Source: Rhizophagus irregularis (lineage: Eukaryota). Taken from it: DNA of 64,000 bases. Positions 24,131-37,170 of this stretch are shown here, one piece after another (within the stretch, counting starts at the first letter, position 1; each line of letters starts with the position of its first letter). The stretch spans positions 5,208,001-5,272,000 of the forward strand of contig NC_089434.1 of the NCBI RefSeq assembly GCF_026210795.1, given 5' to 3'. The notes under the pieces were generated by a model. That model saw only the letters and a list, made by a program, of their open reading frames with translations, made no database searches and was not told the DNA's origin. Made by a program: the position numbers and the translations under genes.

Positions 24131-26328
24131 TCTCTAAAATGAATGGACTAAAAATTGGGAATTGCAATTCAGGTCTTACAAGAGTATAAATTTAGAACCA
24201 TATGTCCATGCCATCCATAGATATATCCATGATCTAAACTTGATATTTGTAATTCATGTAAAATTAAGTCTAATCAAAAAACTTTGAACAGATAATTTCT
24301 ATTACGATAATAAGATAGTCCAGTTAAAAAAAAACATTATTAATTAATATTGTACATAACTTTTACCCATATTTACCTAAAAGTCCGTTCCTAAAATCTA
24401 AACTCCTTAGTCCTTCCAGTTCCTAAAGAAAAGGTTTTCAAAAAAAATAAAGTTCACAAACGAAAATATAATTATTTTTGAATATCAAATTGTTCCTCCC
24501 TATTTTTATAAAAAATTTTTTGGTGATCCCATTGATATATTCCACAGATTATCCGCGGATTATCCATACATTCCATGAATATCTAGTAAATACTCCATAC
24601 ATAAGGGGGGTGAATATTTCAGAAATTCATTGATACCTACCTTTAATTTTTATTAAAGGTTCACTGCGTGTTCGATCATACGATTAATGCTTTCCCTTCA
24701 AATTAAACCAACCGTTAGATAATAATGATAATAATACACTGTAAGTATAGCCGTTACATGTTTTTACATCTGTTCAATCTATCTTTCTTATTCTTAAAAA
24801 AGACATAATATTGATATATATTTCTCGAATTCGTGCTATTAATGTAAAAGAGGAAGTCTAGATTTCGAAACATTCACTCTCAGAAGATGGATGTAATTTA
24901 TTTCAAAAAAGAACATTTACCATCCTAAATTTTGGGTACAGGTATATTTATTTGGTTACCTTTTTTTTTTCTTACAAACTCTTAAGATTTTATGCTAAAT
25001 ATCGGTTTTTCTTCATTAAGTAACTTAAATTTATCAAGGCGAATTTTGGAAGTTATTACAACTTTATTATATGCAATTAGTTGAATTGAATTACAAGTTT
25101 ATTGTCAAAAATGGGTAAAACCGCACCATGCTAAAATTTTGGAAAGTAATTTAAGCGCGACAACTTTTAATCAAGCTCCTATTGCAACAAGAAAACAAGA
25201 GCAAAGGTTCCATATTAGTCTATCTTAAAATATATCAGAGTGGAGTCACTGTAGTGTACTTTTCCGACATAAATCCAACATTAGTTCCGTCAGAAAGATT
25301 ATTCTCAGATTCTAATAAATTTAATCCTCTTCAATATTTATTTGCTAAATACTCTAATTTTATAGTATACTTTATTATTAGTAAGTCACAACTATCTTTT
25401 AAAAGAAAAGACAAGTAGACGAGATGATGACATTCGCTCGTCAGAATCAAAATAAAGACATCGAATGTCAATTTATTATTATTAATAGAACATATTATAG
25501 AAGACAAGTAGACGAACTAATGACCTTCACCGTCCGTTATGCTACAGAGCTGAAATATATATATTCAAATTAGATTCTTTAAAAGTATATAGAATAAATA
25601 AATAAATTTAAAGAAATTAAGACATTGAATGTCAATTATTATTATTATTAGTAGAAAATTTTAAACCCCGGATTCGTACAGTACTTTCAAGATCACTCTC
25701 GTTTAGTATTATTCGTTAGGATCATGGAATGGCGTAATGCATTGGATAGGATATCACCGCATAAGATGTGGAAGAGTTTCTTGCCTGCGTTAAAGAGTCT
25801 GTTGGATTGTCCGAACCATCATGTAAATGTTTAATTATTCAGTTTTATTAATTGGATTTTTATTAATTATTTGTTTCATCAAATAGAAACTCTGCTTAAT
25901 ACCAAAATGATTTTGATGCTAGTGAATCAGTATAGTAGAGCTTCCATTTGTCGATAAAAAGTTACATTGCACTATCTTCTGTGTAAACCTCGTTTTTAAA
26001 GATTTGAAATTCAACATAGTCGAAGCGCTTTTTTCAGAGATCCAGTTCTGAGATCCAGTGTTTGAAAGAGTCCGAATACTATTAAATTAACCACGCTTCG
26101 TATCTATAACAGATAATTAAACATAGCAGCTACTGGAAATGTCACAAAAAAAGAAGGCAAATTTTTTTCACTAAAGTTGGCCAAAATTAATTAAATCGTG
26201 ATAAATTTGCAAATCAATAATTCATAATTCCGGCCAAAATTTTGTTAATTCTGGCCAGATTCATAATGCCGGCCTAAATTTAGTTAAAATGAAAAAATTT
26301 AGATTACATATAACATCATATTTATACA

Positions 26329-26481
26329 GGGCGTCCTTAACGTACAGTAGGGGTGTACAATATTAACGTACAAACTGGCCCGAGTTTAGGAGTTATGCAC
26401 TTGCACGTGATAGCGTTAACGTTAACTCCGGCCAGTTCGTACATTAATATCGTACACCCCCACTGTACATTAAGGAATCCC
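26329..26481. mobile_element. Mutator-like MITE
   Basis: Long imperfect TIR (CCTTAACGTACAGTAGGGGTGTAC...GGCC / GGCC...GTACACCCCCACTGTACATTAAGG); 9-bp TSD ATTTATACA. Confidence 0.88.
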
Positions 26482-26614
26482 ATTTATACAATATAATCAG
26501 TTTAATTAAAAAAAAAAATTTCAACTTATTGACCACTTCTACAATTTTATTTAAAAAAATATTCATATAATTTTTATTTAAACTTTTAGTAATTTTATTA
26601 AACTTTTAATAATA

Positions 26615-26996
26615 CCCTATAAAAAAAAATTTTACTTAAAATATATTTAAAATATATTTAATTTTCTTATTTAATACTTAAAATATACTGAAAATTGAAT
26701 TTTCGCAAAATTTGAATTAAATTGTATTTAATATATACTTAAAATATATTTAATTTACACTTAAATTTAGCCCATTTCAGTATATTTTAAGAATATTTAA
26801 AATAAGAATATTTTAAGTATATTATTATATACTTAAATTATACTTAAATAATATTTAATTTTTGCTTATTTTAAGCATAAAATAAAATTTTAAATATTTT
26901 AAGTATAAAATAAAATTTTAAGTCTATTTTAGGTATAAAATAAAAATTTTAAGTTTATTTTAAGTATTATTTTGGATAAAAATATTTTTTATAGGG
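26615..26996. mobile_element. AT-rich MITE with CCCTATAAAA / TTTTATAGGG termini
   Basis: Short TIRs and internal ATACTTAAA/TTTAAGTAT repeats; TSD unclear. Confidence 0.5.
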
Positions 26997-29115
26997 AATT
27001 AGGGAATATAATATAATTATATAATAAAAAGTTTATATAAGTTACTTTTTTTTTACACTTTATTTTTTTTGAATTTTTACATTTTTCTTCATTTTAAAAA
27101 TTTTCTTTGCAATTTTTTGTTGAAAAATTCAAATTTTTACTTTTTTTAAAAAGAAATATTAAAATAAAAATATATTACTAGAAGTAATATAAAAAATAAA
27201 AATTTTAAGAATTAAATAATAACCAAGAAAGTCAAATAAATATATAAAGTAAAAATTTACTAAAAAAAATTAAAAGTTAATTAGATATTTAAAAGTTAGA
27301 TATTAAATAATCAAAAAATAATAGTAACTTCTTTTAAAATAAATATATTTGTTACATTAAATATATAAAATTAATATCTTATTATTATCTTACTCTTTTT
27401 ATTTTTATAAAAAAAACCTCAAAGTAATAGTGAAGTTATTTTTAAATATATTAAAACGTATAGTAAAAAAAAGCCAAATAAGTGACTTGTTTATTAATTT
27501 ATTTATCACAATTATTATAATTTATTAAAATTATAAGTTCTAAAATAATTATACTAATCTTAGTATTATTTAAATAATATTTTAAATTTATGCTAATTTT
27601 ACTATTAGTTAAATATTTTAATATTTTAGCAATTGAAAATAATTATTATAATAAAAAAGAACAATTTATTTATTCTCATCAATTGCCAAGTAATAAAATT
27701 ATAAAAAATTTGTGAAAAAATATTAATTAAACAGAAAAAATAAATTTGTATATTATATGAATTACAAAAAGCAATAAATATAAAAGTTACATGAATTTAA
27801 AATCAAATAAAAGTAAAGAATAATAAACAAAAAAATATTGATCTAAGCAAAAAAGCTTTTAGAATAAATATAATATTATTATATTATATAATATTTTAAG
27901 TGGTAAACTTTTTATATTATTATATTATAATATTTTTAATATGATTGTTATTATTATTTACTAATGATATAGAAGTGATATAATTTGATGTATTATTTTT
28001 TTTCTAATAATATGTTATTTATATTTAAAGATTTTAAAAATTCATTAGAAGATAGCTTAAAAAAAATCATCTTAATTATTTTAAGAATTTGAGAAATCAA
28101 GAATGGACTAATAATTTTTCCAAAAAATATTATTTTATAGTAATTAATATTAATTATTATTATATTTAAAGATTAATTATTATTATATTAAAATATTTAT
28201 TTTTTTTATTACTTTTGCAAAGAATAAAAATTTAAAGGAAATTAATATCTTAATAGTAAAATGCCATTTCAAAGGAATTTAATTTACCAGTAGTAAGTGG
28301 TAATAAACAAAAAAATTTAAAAGCAGAAACAAGTTGAAGATTATTATTATAAGCTATATGATAATGAAGCCATAATGAAAAATATTACTAAATAAGTTTA
28401 CTGATAAATTAATGCTTCATTATAATTATATATAGTGGCTGTAGCTGATATTATTTTAAAGCCAAATTATTTTAATATTAAAGTTTTCAAAAGACCTTTA
28501 AAATAATAATATAAAAGATTTAAGATATGATTATTTGAATTTTAATATTTTTAAATTTATTAAATTAATATTTTAGAAGCTATTTGATAATAATGAAAGT
28601 TTTAATTTTTAAAAAAAAAAGAAAATGCCAGAATTTATAAAGAAGAAGCAAATTATTAAAGATGAAGAAATGGAAGAAATAAAAGTAGAAGAAATATTTA
28701 AAAATAATAATAATTATTATTTAATTATTTTCTAGTAATTGGTAATTATTGGTTTAATTTATTTATTATTTTTGTAATTAATATGATTGTATTAACTATT
28801 AAATTATTATATATTTTTATAGATCACAATTTATTTTTTAATATATTATATAATATTTTATTTTTTTAAGTTGTAATACCGGCAAGTAAAAATTGATTAT
28901 ATTACTTATATTTAATTCTTTTAATCATTTAAGAAAGATAGCCAGACCTTCATAATTATATACCCTTTAAAACTACATGTATAATTTTTAAAATAATACA
29001 TTTAAAGAATCTTTTTTATATTTAACTGTTAAATAAAAACTTTATTTAAAAAAAAAATTATATTTTTTTTTGAATAATTAAACAATTTAAATATTATTTA
29101 TTAATTCACATTATA

Positions 29116-29284
29116 CATGCTATTTAAATTATTTTGAGATACCATAATTATAATTTGGAATGCTGTAATTCATTCAGTTTATATATTATTTACTATGTAA
29201 AGTGCCAAAATAATTTGGGATATTATAATTAAATTTGGGATTTTACTTATAATTGTAATAGCCCAAAATAATTTGAACAATATG
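29116..29284. mobile_element. Decayed copy of the Tc1/mariner MITE at 51733
   Basis: Colinear with 51733-51901, with many C>T and G>A changes. Confidence 0.75.
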
Positions 29285-29335
29285 AATTTGCATTACTATT
29301 TGCATTATAAATATTACAAATATCACACTCAAATA

Positions 29336-30542
29336 CAGTCAACTCTCTTTATAGTCACACATTTAGGACAGTCCATATTTGGTGATTATAAAGAGATGTG
29401 ACTATATAAAAATTTCTTATATTAGTATATTATAATTCCAGCCAAAAATTAACATAATTTTGGCCAAAATTATACTTAAAACTTTATTGTGTCGTAACTT
29501 TGCTAATATTAATCGTAAAGAGATGATTTTACTGCTATTCGATTTGTCTTGATGAGACAGTTCTAATGGTATAAAATACATCGAAATCCAATCACTAAAT
29601 CAATTTCTAAAATTAAAAAATATTAAATGGTTTTTAAGTAGTAACTCTGTCAATATTGATCACAAAGAAATGAGCTTACTACCATTCGATTCAGCGATTC
29701 CAACGAGCTATTAATCATCTTTTTACAATCACTAAATTTAGCAAAATGTTAAATGGTGCAGTAAATATAAATCAAGAAATATAATAATGCTGATACTTAA
29801 CATTTTGTTGAATAACTCATTGGTTAGTGATTGTAAAAGAATAAAACTACCACCATTCAATTCGTCTCAGTGAGACAATTCTAACAAGCTATAATACATC
29901 TTTGTACGATTATTGGATGCCAAGTTATTTAATATATTCTTTATATAACTGTGATTATAAACGGTTTTTTTTAATATAAGATTTTTGAGGATAGGTGTGA
30001 TAGTGACTATAGATAGATTGTGATTATATAGGATAGATTTTAATAATACAGTCGGCTCTCGTTATAGCGAATTTTGATATAACGAATTATTTGGTATAAC
30101 GAATCTTTAGTGTTGTACCAATTTTAACATATAAAAAAAAATTTGCTATAACAAATATTACTAATCAAATGCTGTATACCGTTTAACGAAGTAAGTCTAT
30201 AAACTGTACATAATAAAATGACTCTTTTTATACCGAATTTCTTTTTATAACGAACTTTTTTTAATACAACGAAGATATTTTGTATAACATACGTTGTACA
30301 TAACATAAGAAATCATAATATACCACAATATACCAAAGTTTCATATGTTATACCAGATTTTCCCATTATATCGAAATTCGCTATATTTTATTAACGAATT
30401 TTCTTATAACGAAGGCCTGATTGGCCAAACCACCAACTTCGTTATATCGAGAGCCGACTGTAAAGTGTTTTGAACATTCAACTGGTGTGACTATATAGTA
30501 GAATGTGACTATAACGGAAGTGACTATAGAGAGAGTTGACTG
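29336..30542. mobile_element. pogo/Tc1-like non-autonomous element
   Basis: TA|CAGTCAACTCTCTTTATAGTCAC ... GTGACTATAGAGAGAGTTGACTG|TA. Confidence 0.88.
30049..30460. mobile_element. pogo-like MITE nested in the previous element
   Basis: TA|CAGTCGGCTCTCGTTATAGCGAA ... TTCGTTATATCGAGAGCCGACTG|TA. Confidence 0.9.
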
Positions 30543-32687
30543 TATTATGTATTTGGATCAAGATTAATACAATTAATACAAAAAAAGGAATGCATCAACT
30601 TACATATAGTTGTATATTTTGATGGATCAAGATTTGTACACAAGGTTGATTAAAATAATGTTTTAAAAACCTATTAAACAATAAAAAATCATATTTTTGA
30701 AAAGTTAAATATAAAATATTATTATAAAAATTATTTTATATGTTTTATTTTTTTTTTAGATTTTATAATATTAAATAATATTAATTTTAATACTTTAGTA
30801 ATAAATAAAAGTCTTGAAATTAAATAGAATAAAAATATAAACCTTTATTTATTAAAATTACTGAGATATTTGTAAATAAACAGAATTTTTTATGAAATTA
30901 ATTTGTTTTATATTATTTTTCAATTTTATAGCATAATTTTAATACTTTAGTTAAATTAAATAAGTATCAAAAGCTTAAATAAAGTTATTCAGCAGGTACA
31001 GAAGTACTCAAATATTAATTTTTATCAAGATATCCTGAATATTTATGGAATAATTAGTATTTTTACAATAATATTAATATTTGAAGTTATTTTTGTTAAA
31101 AAGTGGATATTTATTTATTTATTAAATTTAATAAAGTATAAAAGAGTCATTTTTAAATGTTCTTATAATAAAAACAATAAAATTATTTTAATATTTTAAA
31201 GAAAATATGGGATTTTTATTTTTTTCTTTTTGTTATTTTTTTTTCTAAAATAAATATTGCTATATAATATAACATAAAAGTGAAAATTTTGGTGTTATTA
31301 TTCTAGTAATATCAGTATAGTAGTAGGCTTTTATTTTATTATAATATTAATCACTTTACCAATCTTTTGTATATTTAATAAAATAAATAAAATAAAAAAA
31401 GAAGTGACATATACTAATAATCAAAATTAAATTAAAAATTTCAAATTAAATCTTGTAATTTTGCATAATTTTTAATTGGGTAATAATTTATTATAGTGAT
31501 ATACATTTTTACTAACTAAATTTTGAAATATTACACAAAACTTAAAAATATGATATTGCTTTCCTTTAAATTAATTGGATCACAAAAAATTTAATAGTAC
31601 AGATAGCATATATATTTTAATATTTCATATTCTTCTTAAACAACTTGCAGAATAATTTAAATATTGAGAAGGTAATTCAAAAGTTACAAGTATAATGAAA
31701 TTCCTTGTAAAATGATAATATATTTATTTTATGGTTATTTTTATTTATTTGATATTATTTCACTTAATACAACTGATTTTTTTTTTGTTTTTTTTAAAGT
31801 TTTTTTTCATAACAATTAACAATAAATAAAAAGAAAAAGCCAAATGCATTGACCAATATTTTCTATAAAATAAAATAAAAGAGTAAGTTTTATTTTTAGT
31901 ATATAAAATTCAAAGATTTTTCTTTCTTTAATAAACTAATATATATATCATATTTCTATTTTATTTTAAGATATTTTAAGTTTCATTAGTTTATTACATT
32001 AAAAACTTTAAGTAAAGTTTTTCAAGATAAAATAGAAGAATTTTAGTAGAAGTGCTTATTAGTAAGAAATAGTATAATTTATAATTATTATGATATTTTC
32101 ATTAATTTTTCAGCATATATGCATGATAATCAAATAATTATACATTCATTTAAAAGTTAATAACAGACTTTAATTATTGGGATCAAAAATCATGCAAATT
32201 GAATTATTAGATGTAGAAAATTAATGATCAAAATTAAGAATTGATCTTAAATTAAATGAATGTATTTGAGATGTATTTATTCATTATCCAGTAAACCAAT
32301 TAATGCAATTTTTAATTTATCAGATAGGCCTTATTTTCCTCTTTCAAACAAATGTAAAATCATCCATTCAGCTTACATGTATGTTAATTTTATTTCAAGA
32401 ATTGTATTTGATTTTAATTTTAGTACATTTATAGCACATTAAGTTCAATTTGCCTCTTAATTTTGATGAAATTTTAAATACAGGTATATCAATTTAACAT
32501 TTATTAATTCGGATAATATGAGATATAGTCATTATGTATAATTTTAAATTCTTCAAACACTTATGTTTAATAAAATGTATAGTTACATTAATTAAAATAT
32601 CATTACATATGAAAGTTATTAGTAATAATTCAATTTTAATAAAAATATATCTGATATACAATTATAGAATGAATTTATTGTCAAAAT

Positions 32688-33840
32688 TTAAGAATGTATT
32701 GAAAGGTAATTTTTCATTTTATATCGAGTGATAAAATCGAAATATGATCGGCAAAATTCATGTAATAAAATAGAAAACATGCTATAATTTACTGCTCCAT
32801 CTGCTGCTATGCTACCTTGCGCCGGTTTTTGAATTTCATTTGATTCTTCTTTAATAAGAACCAATTTGAAAGAAACAATAAAAGATACAATCGAAGAGTC
32901 GCGTGTTTTACACACATAACGAACAGGCTAGATTTTACATAAAAATGTGAGATACAACTTTAATAATATAGTTTAAATAAAATTAAAAAAATATTCATTT
33001 ACCTGGCCTTCCCAATGTTGTAGGTCTCCAAGCTTAAATCCAGGTAATTATAAAAGAAAAAATGTGTTCATTATATATTAATTAAATGAAAATAATAAAA
33101 AATTTACATAATTACCTTTACAGTTAAGTCATTAAAATCTGTGACGGAATTAGAGAAATCAAAATACCATATTTGATTATCTTTAATTTGAAATTGTTTC
33201 CTGTTTGTCTCATTCTCAAAATATTTTTTTTTCTTTCGGAAACAACTTTGAATTTTACACTTGGACAGTTTACGTCCTCCTCAATATGTTCACCATTTGA
33301 AGAAGGCCATGATGGCAACCATTTATCATCTTTGAAAATCTGTTCTTCATATAAATTAATTTTGTTCATTATATAAATTAATGGATTATATGCCAATGGG
33401 TGTTGAAATATTTTTAATCCTAAAGATGATCCCGACGGCAAATTTATTTTTTTTATCAAAATCATTCTAAAGAAAAAAATATATTATTCAGTAAATGTTG
33501 TGATTATAAATGATGTTTGAAAATTGTAAAACAGATATTTTACACCAAAATCAATGTCGTCTGCTGTCAAATTATTTTCTTTAAATCTTCCTTGTACTTG
33601 AATAGAATATTTAACATTATATCCTTCAAAATAAGGACTTGTCTCGATTCTTGTTGTACCTGATGGTGTTATTCCTTTAAAATCTTTTATACGAATACAT
33701 ATTGATATTCTTCCAGTAAAATGAACTGTATTAATTAGATATGGATGTGAATCATCATTTGGAAGTACTATTCTATGTTCTACTTTTAGTTATGATGTTC
33801 CTATACTAATCTTTAGTTTTAAATTTTTTAAATCGTTCAT
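32688..33840 (-). pseudogene. DUF1769-family gene (4 exons), apparently disabled
   Basis: LKISIG...PNDDSHP...FTGRI...IRIKDFKG...YFEG...YSIQVQGRFK...DIDFG|NDFDKKINLPSG...LPGF...WEGQ|PVRYVCKTRD. In-frame TAA at 33790-33792 and an A-run frameshift near 33228. Confidence 0.75.
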
Positions 33841-34144
33841 TATGAAAATTTGTTTTTTGAATAAAGAACAAAATTATCGAGAACGGCGTTAAATAAGTCC
33901 CCGATCACTAACATCACTAACTATTAAAGAAATGCATCACGAATTTAGTGTGATACACGATTAAATATAAGCAACGTGAACGAGGCACTCCGGTATGACA
34001 AAATACGTAATAAAAATAGTAAACCATTACGCAAAACAAGATTGATATATTTTTTTAGAAATTGAGTAAGTGAAAAAAATCATTTATAGTTAGATTTCAT
34101 GATTTTATGTAAAAAACAGTAAAACAAAAGACAATGTGACTCAA

Positions 34145-34170
34145 CCGCGTCGCGTCGCGGCAAGGCGGCA
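34145..34170. promoter_or_regulatory. CGCG cluster in the divergent promoter (MCB/E2F-like)
   Basis: CCGCGTCGCGTCGCGGCAAGGCGG immediately upstream of the TATA-like box. Confidence 0.35.
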
Positions 34171-34323
34171 TTGATTGTATATATAAATGGTGCTCGTTCC
34201 GCTCGTTTCAACTCTGAAACTTTTTTTTTTTCAAATTCAATACTTTTTTTACTCATAAAGAAATTATTTTAACCGTCTATATTTAGTTTCTATTTTTTTC
34301 GTTGTATATTATTTTATTTTATA

Positions 34324-34800
34324 ATGGATACTCAACCATCTACTCCTCCTCATGAGCAGTAATGAATTTTTTTTATTTTTATTTTAGTAAGTATACATTT
34401 ATCTTTGGTAATTTTTTTTTATTGCAGTACGTGCAGTACGCCTCCACCAAGTCCGGAAAACTCATCTTTATTCAACGATCTTCCGGGAAGATCCCAAGAT
34501 TTCGATTTTTTAAAAATCGAGGAAGTATCTAACGATCTGAAATCGAAAACCGAATCCCAAAAAAATGATTTAAAAGAGAACAAGAAAATTGAATCGGGTG
34601 AACTTCAAAGCGGTTCAGAATTTCAGGAAAAGTAATGAAACAACTTTTTTTTTTATTTTCATTTTATAAAACATGTTAATTTTTTTTTTTATTACAGTAA
34701 AATAAATCATTCATCATCTTTATCCACCGATTTAAAACAACCTAAAATCCGTTTCATTCTACAGCGGCCGCCGCTTCAAGAAATTAGTGAAAGTAAGTAA
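34324..34800 (+). CDS. Small 3-exon low-complexity protein (113 aa) with TP/SP sites and a C-terminal D-box-like motif
   Basis: Exons 34324-34358, 34428-34631 and 34698-34800; GTAATG...CAG introns keep frame. MDTQPSTPPHEHTCSTPPPSPEN...QRPPLQEISESK*. TATA-like TATATATAAA at ~34178. Confidence 0.7.
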
Positions 34801-35639
34801 ATTTCGCTTGTCCCTTGCTGAATCAATACGTCGCATTTGTATGTTAAAAATATAACTATCGATCTTCAAATTCCATACTACAGGTTTCCCATGGATTCCG
34901 GCTCCGACCCCTATTGTAAAATTTTTAGAATGAATGTAAATATAAAGTTCTCTGATTTCTAATGTTGTTGGGAGAAGAAAGAACATTTTATATACTTGTA
35001 CATATATAATAAACATAACTAGCCAAATTACATTTTATCATACATACATTCTTTGCAAAAAAAATTTATTATCTTTTAGAAATAATATCAAATAATACAA
35101 AAAACGAAAAGTTCATTATATTTTATTTGATATTTTTTAGCCTAAATATAAATAAATATAATAAGTAGATAAAAAGTATTTAACTGTTAAATACTATTAA
35201 AAGAATTTCAATACCTTATTTATTAAAGAATCAATGGATTTTTGTGAATTATGTAAACACAAAGCACCCTTTTTTTGACCGTAATGATGGGCATAACGTA
35301 GGCCAAAATTTTCATAATTCTGGCCGGGGTGCTTAATATATGTATACGGTTATCATATGCAATTAAAATCTAACGGATGATCGAAACTTGCACGTGACCA
35401 TTATTTTTAACATCGTGACTTGGTTCGCGCTCAAGCTTTTATTTCACAACGGCTAGTACAGTAGTACTGTGTGTATTGTAAATTGTAATTTTTTAAGAAA
35501 TTGAATATTGAAAATGAATAAACCTGAAGGAAATTACCAGTTGATTTAAATCTTAAAATAATCTTAATTTTATTTTATTCATAATAATGGAGAGATTTAT
35601 ATTATATATCAAGGGATTAATTTTTGAAAAAAACTACAT

Positions 35640-35960
35640 AGCTTAATACATATAAAAAAAAACACATAAAATAAAAATATAACACGAATAAAAACGAAAT
35701 AATAATAATAATAATATAATAAAAAAACTGAAAAAAATAAAGAAAAAAAGATAATATAATGAAAAAAAATAAAAAAATGATAAAAAAATAATAAAAAAAA
35801 ATAAAAAATTGATCAAAAAGATAGAAAAAAAAGAAAAAAAGGATAATAATATGATAATAAAAAAATAAAAAATAAAAAAATGACAAAAGATAGAAAAAAA
35901 AGATAATAATAATAAAAAATAAAAAAATGAGAAAAGATAAAATGAAAAAAAAAAAAGAAT
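35640..35960. repeat. A-rich low-complexity tract
   Basis: Direct inspection; generates spurious F/I-rich minus-strand ORFs. Confidence 0.85.
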
Positions 35961-37023
35961 CCACGTAAATTTATTAAACAATTTTGATCAGGTGCCAGGT
36001 GGTTACAGTCTGAATCGGTATGAGAACATTTTTTTTTTGGGGGGTTTTTTTTTTAAATTTTTTTTTGTTCCGACACAGTCGACATAGTCTAGGTTAAAAA
36101 AAAAAGAAATTAGTGATATTTTTCGCGATTTGAAACTTAATTAATTCGTTTAACTAACCGGGTTTTTTTTGTTTTTTTTTGTTTTTTTTTGTATTTTAAT
36201 TAATCATAATCATATATTGTTTCTATACAACACAATTTACTGATTTTTCTTAAGGCTTGATGATGGCTGCTTTTAAATATAAAATTTGAGTTTGCGCAGC
36301 ATCATGATAAAGGGATTGTGAGGATTAAAAGAGTAATGATTATACGATCGTTGGCGTAAATAAATAATTTCAATAATACTCTTTATAAAAGAATTCTTTG
36401 TTCTTCTTTCAAAAAAAAGTAAACACGGAATCATAAGATCAAAACAAGAATGGGTCATGGGGATACATAGAACAAGTCTTTCAAGATATATACGGAAATA
36501 ATTACCTGTCAAATCAAAGAGATAACATGTGTGATAAAGTTATATAATGTAATTGTATACATTATAATAATTTTTATACGTGTATAAATCAAGTATATAA
36601 TAATTTTATTATTTTATTGGAAGTAGATAAAAGATAATCCAAATCCCAAATTCGGGATACAAAAACACAAAAGCAAAAAAAAAATAATTTTTTTTTTTCT
36701 TAGAAAAAGGATTGGAAATTTCAATAATTACCTATATTTAGATATATTTCGTATAAATGAGGACTATTATCTAAGCATTTTTAATTGATTGGAATAAACA
36801 ATGAAATACCGCAAATAGATAATTGCGAGAAGATTTTTTCTTACAATTCCGGACGTATGAGAGTATTTTTTAATAATTATCTAATAAATCATGTGATATG
36901 CCGTATTATGTATATTTTACTCTCTAATTGTTATACTAATTTGCAAATAATACGTTAAAAAGGGGTAGATTATGGATTGTGTAATTACTGTGCCAACCTT
37001 TTTATAATTATTTTAAATTATAT

Positions 37024-37170
37024 TTTGTACCTCAGGGCTCAAGTTTATTATATATGTTGTACCTCAGGGCTCAAGTTTTTATTATATACGTTGTACCTCA
37101 GGGCTCAGGTGTCGATCTGCGTCAGTTGATAATCGATGTGCGTCAGCTGCGTCAGATGCGCGTCAACTAA
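37024..37170. repeat. Short tandem repeats: TTGTACCTCAGGGCTCA x3 and TGCGTCAG cluster
   Basis: Direct inspection. Confidence 0.7.

Noticed and set aside
35617..35981. F/I-rich membrane-protein-like ORFs (also 13545-13745, 17424-17748, 18150-18470)
   Set aside because: Translations of low-complexity or tandem-repeat DNA.
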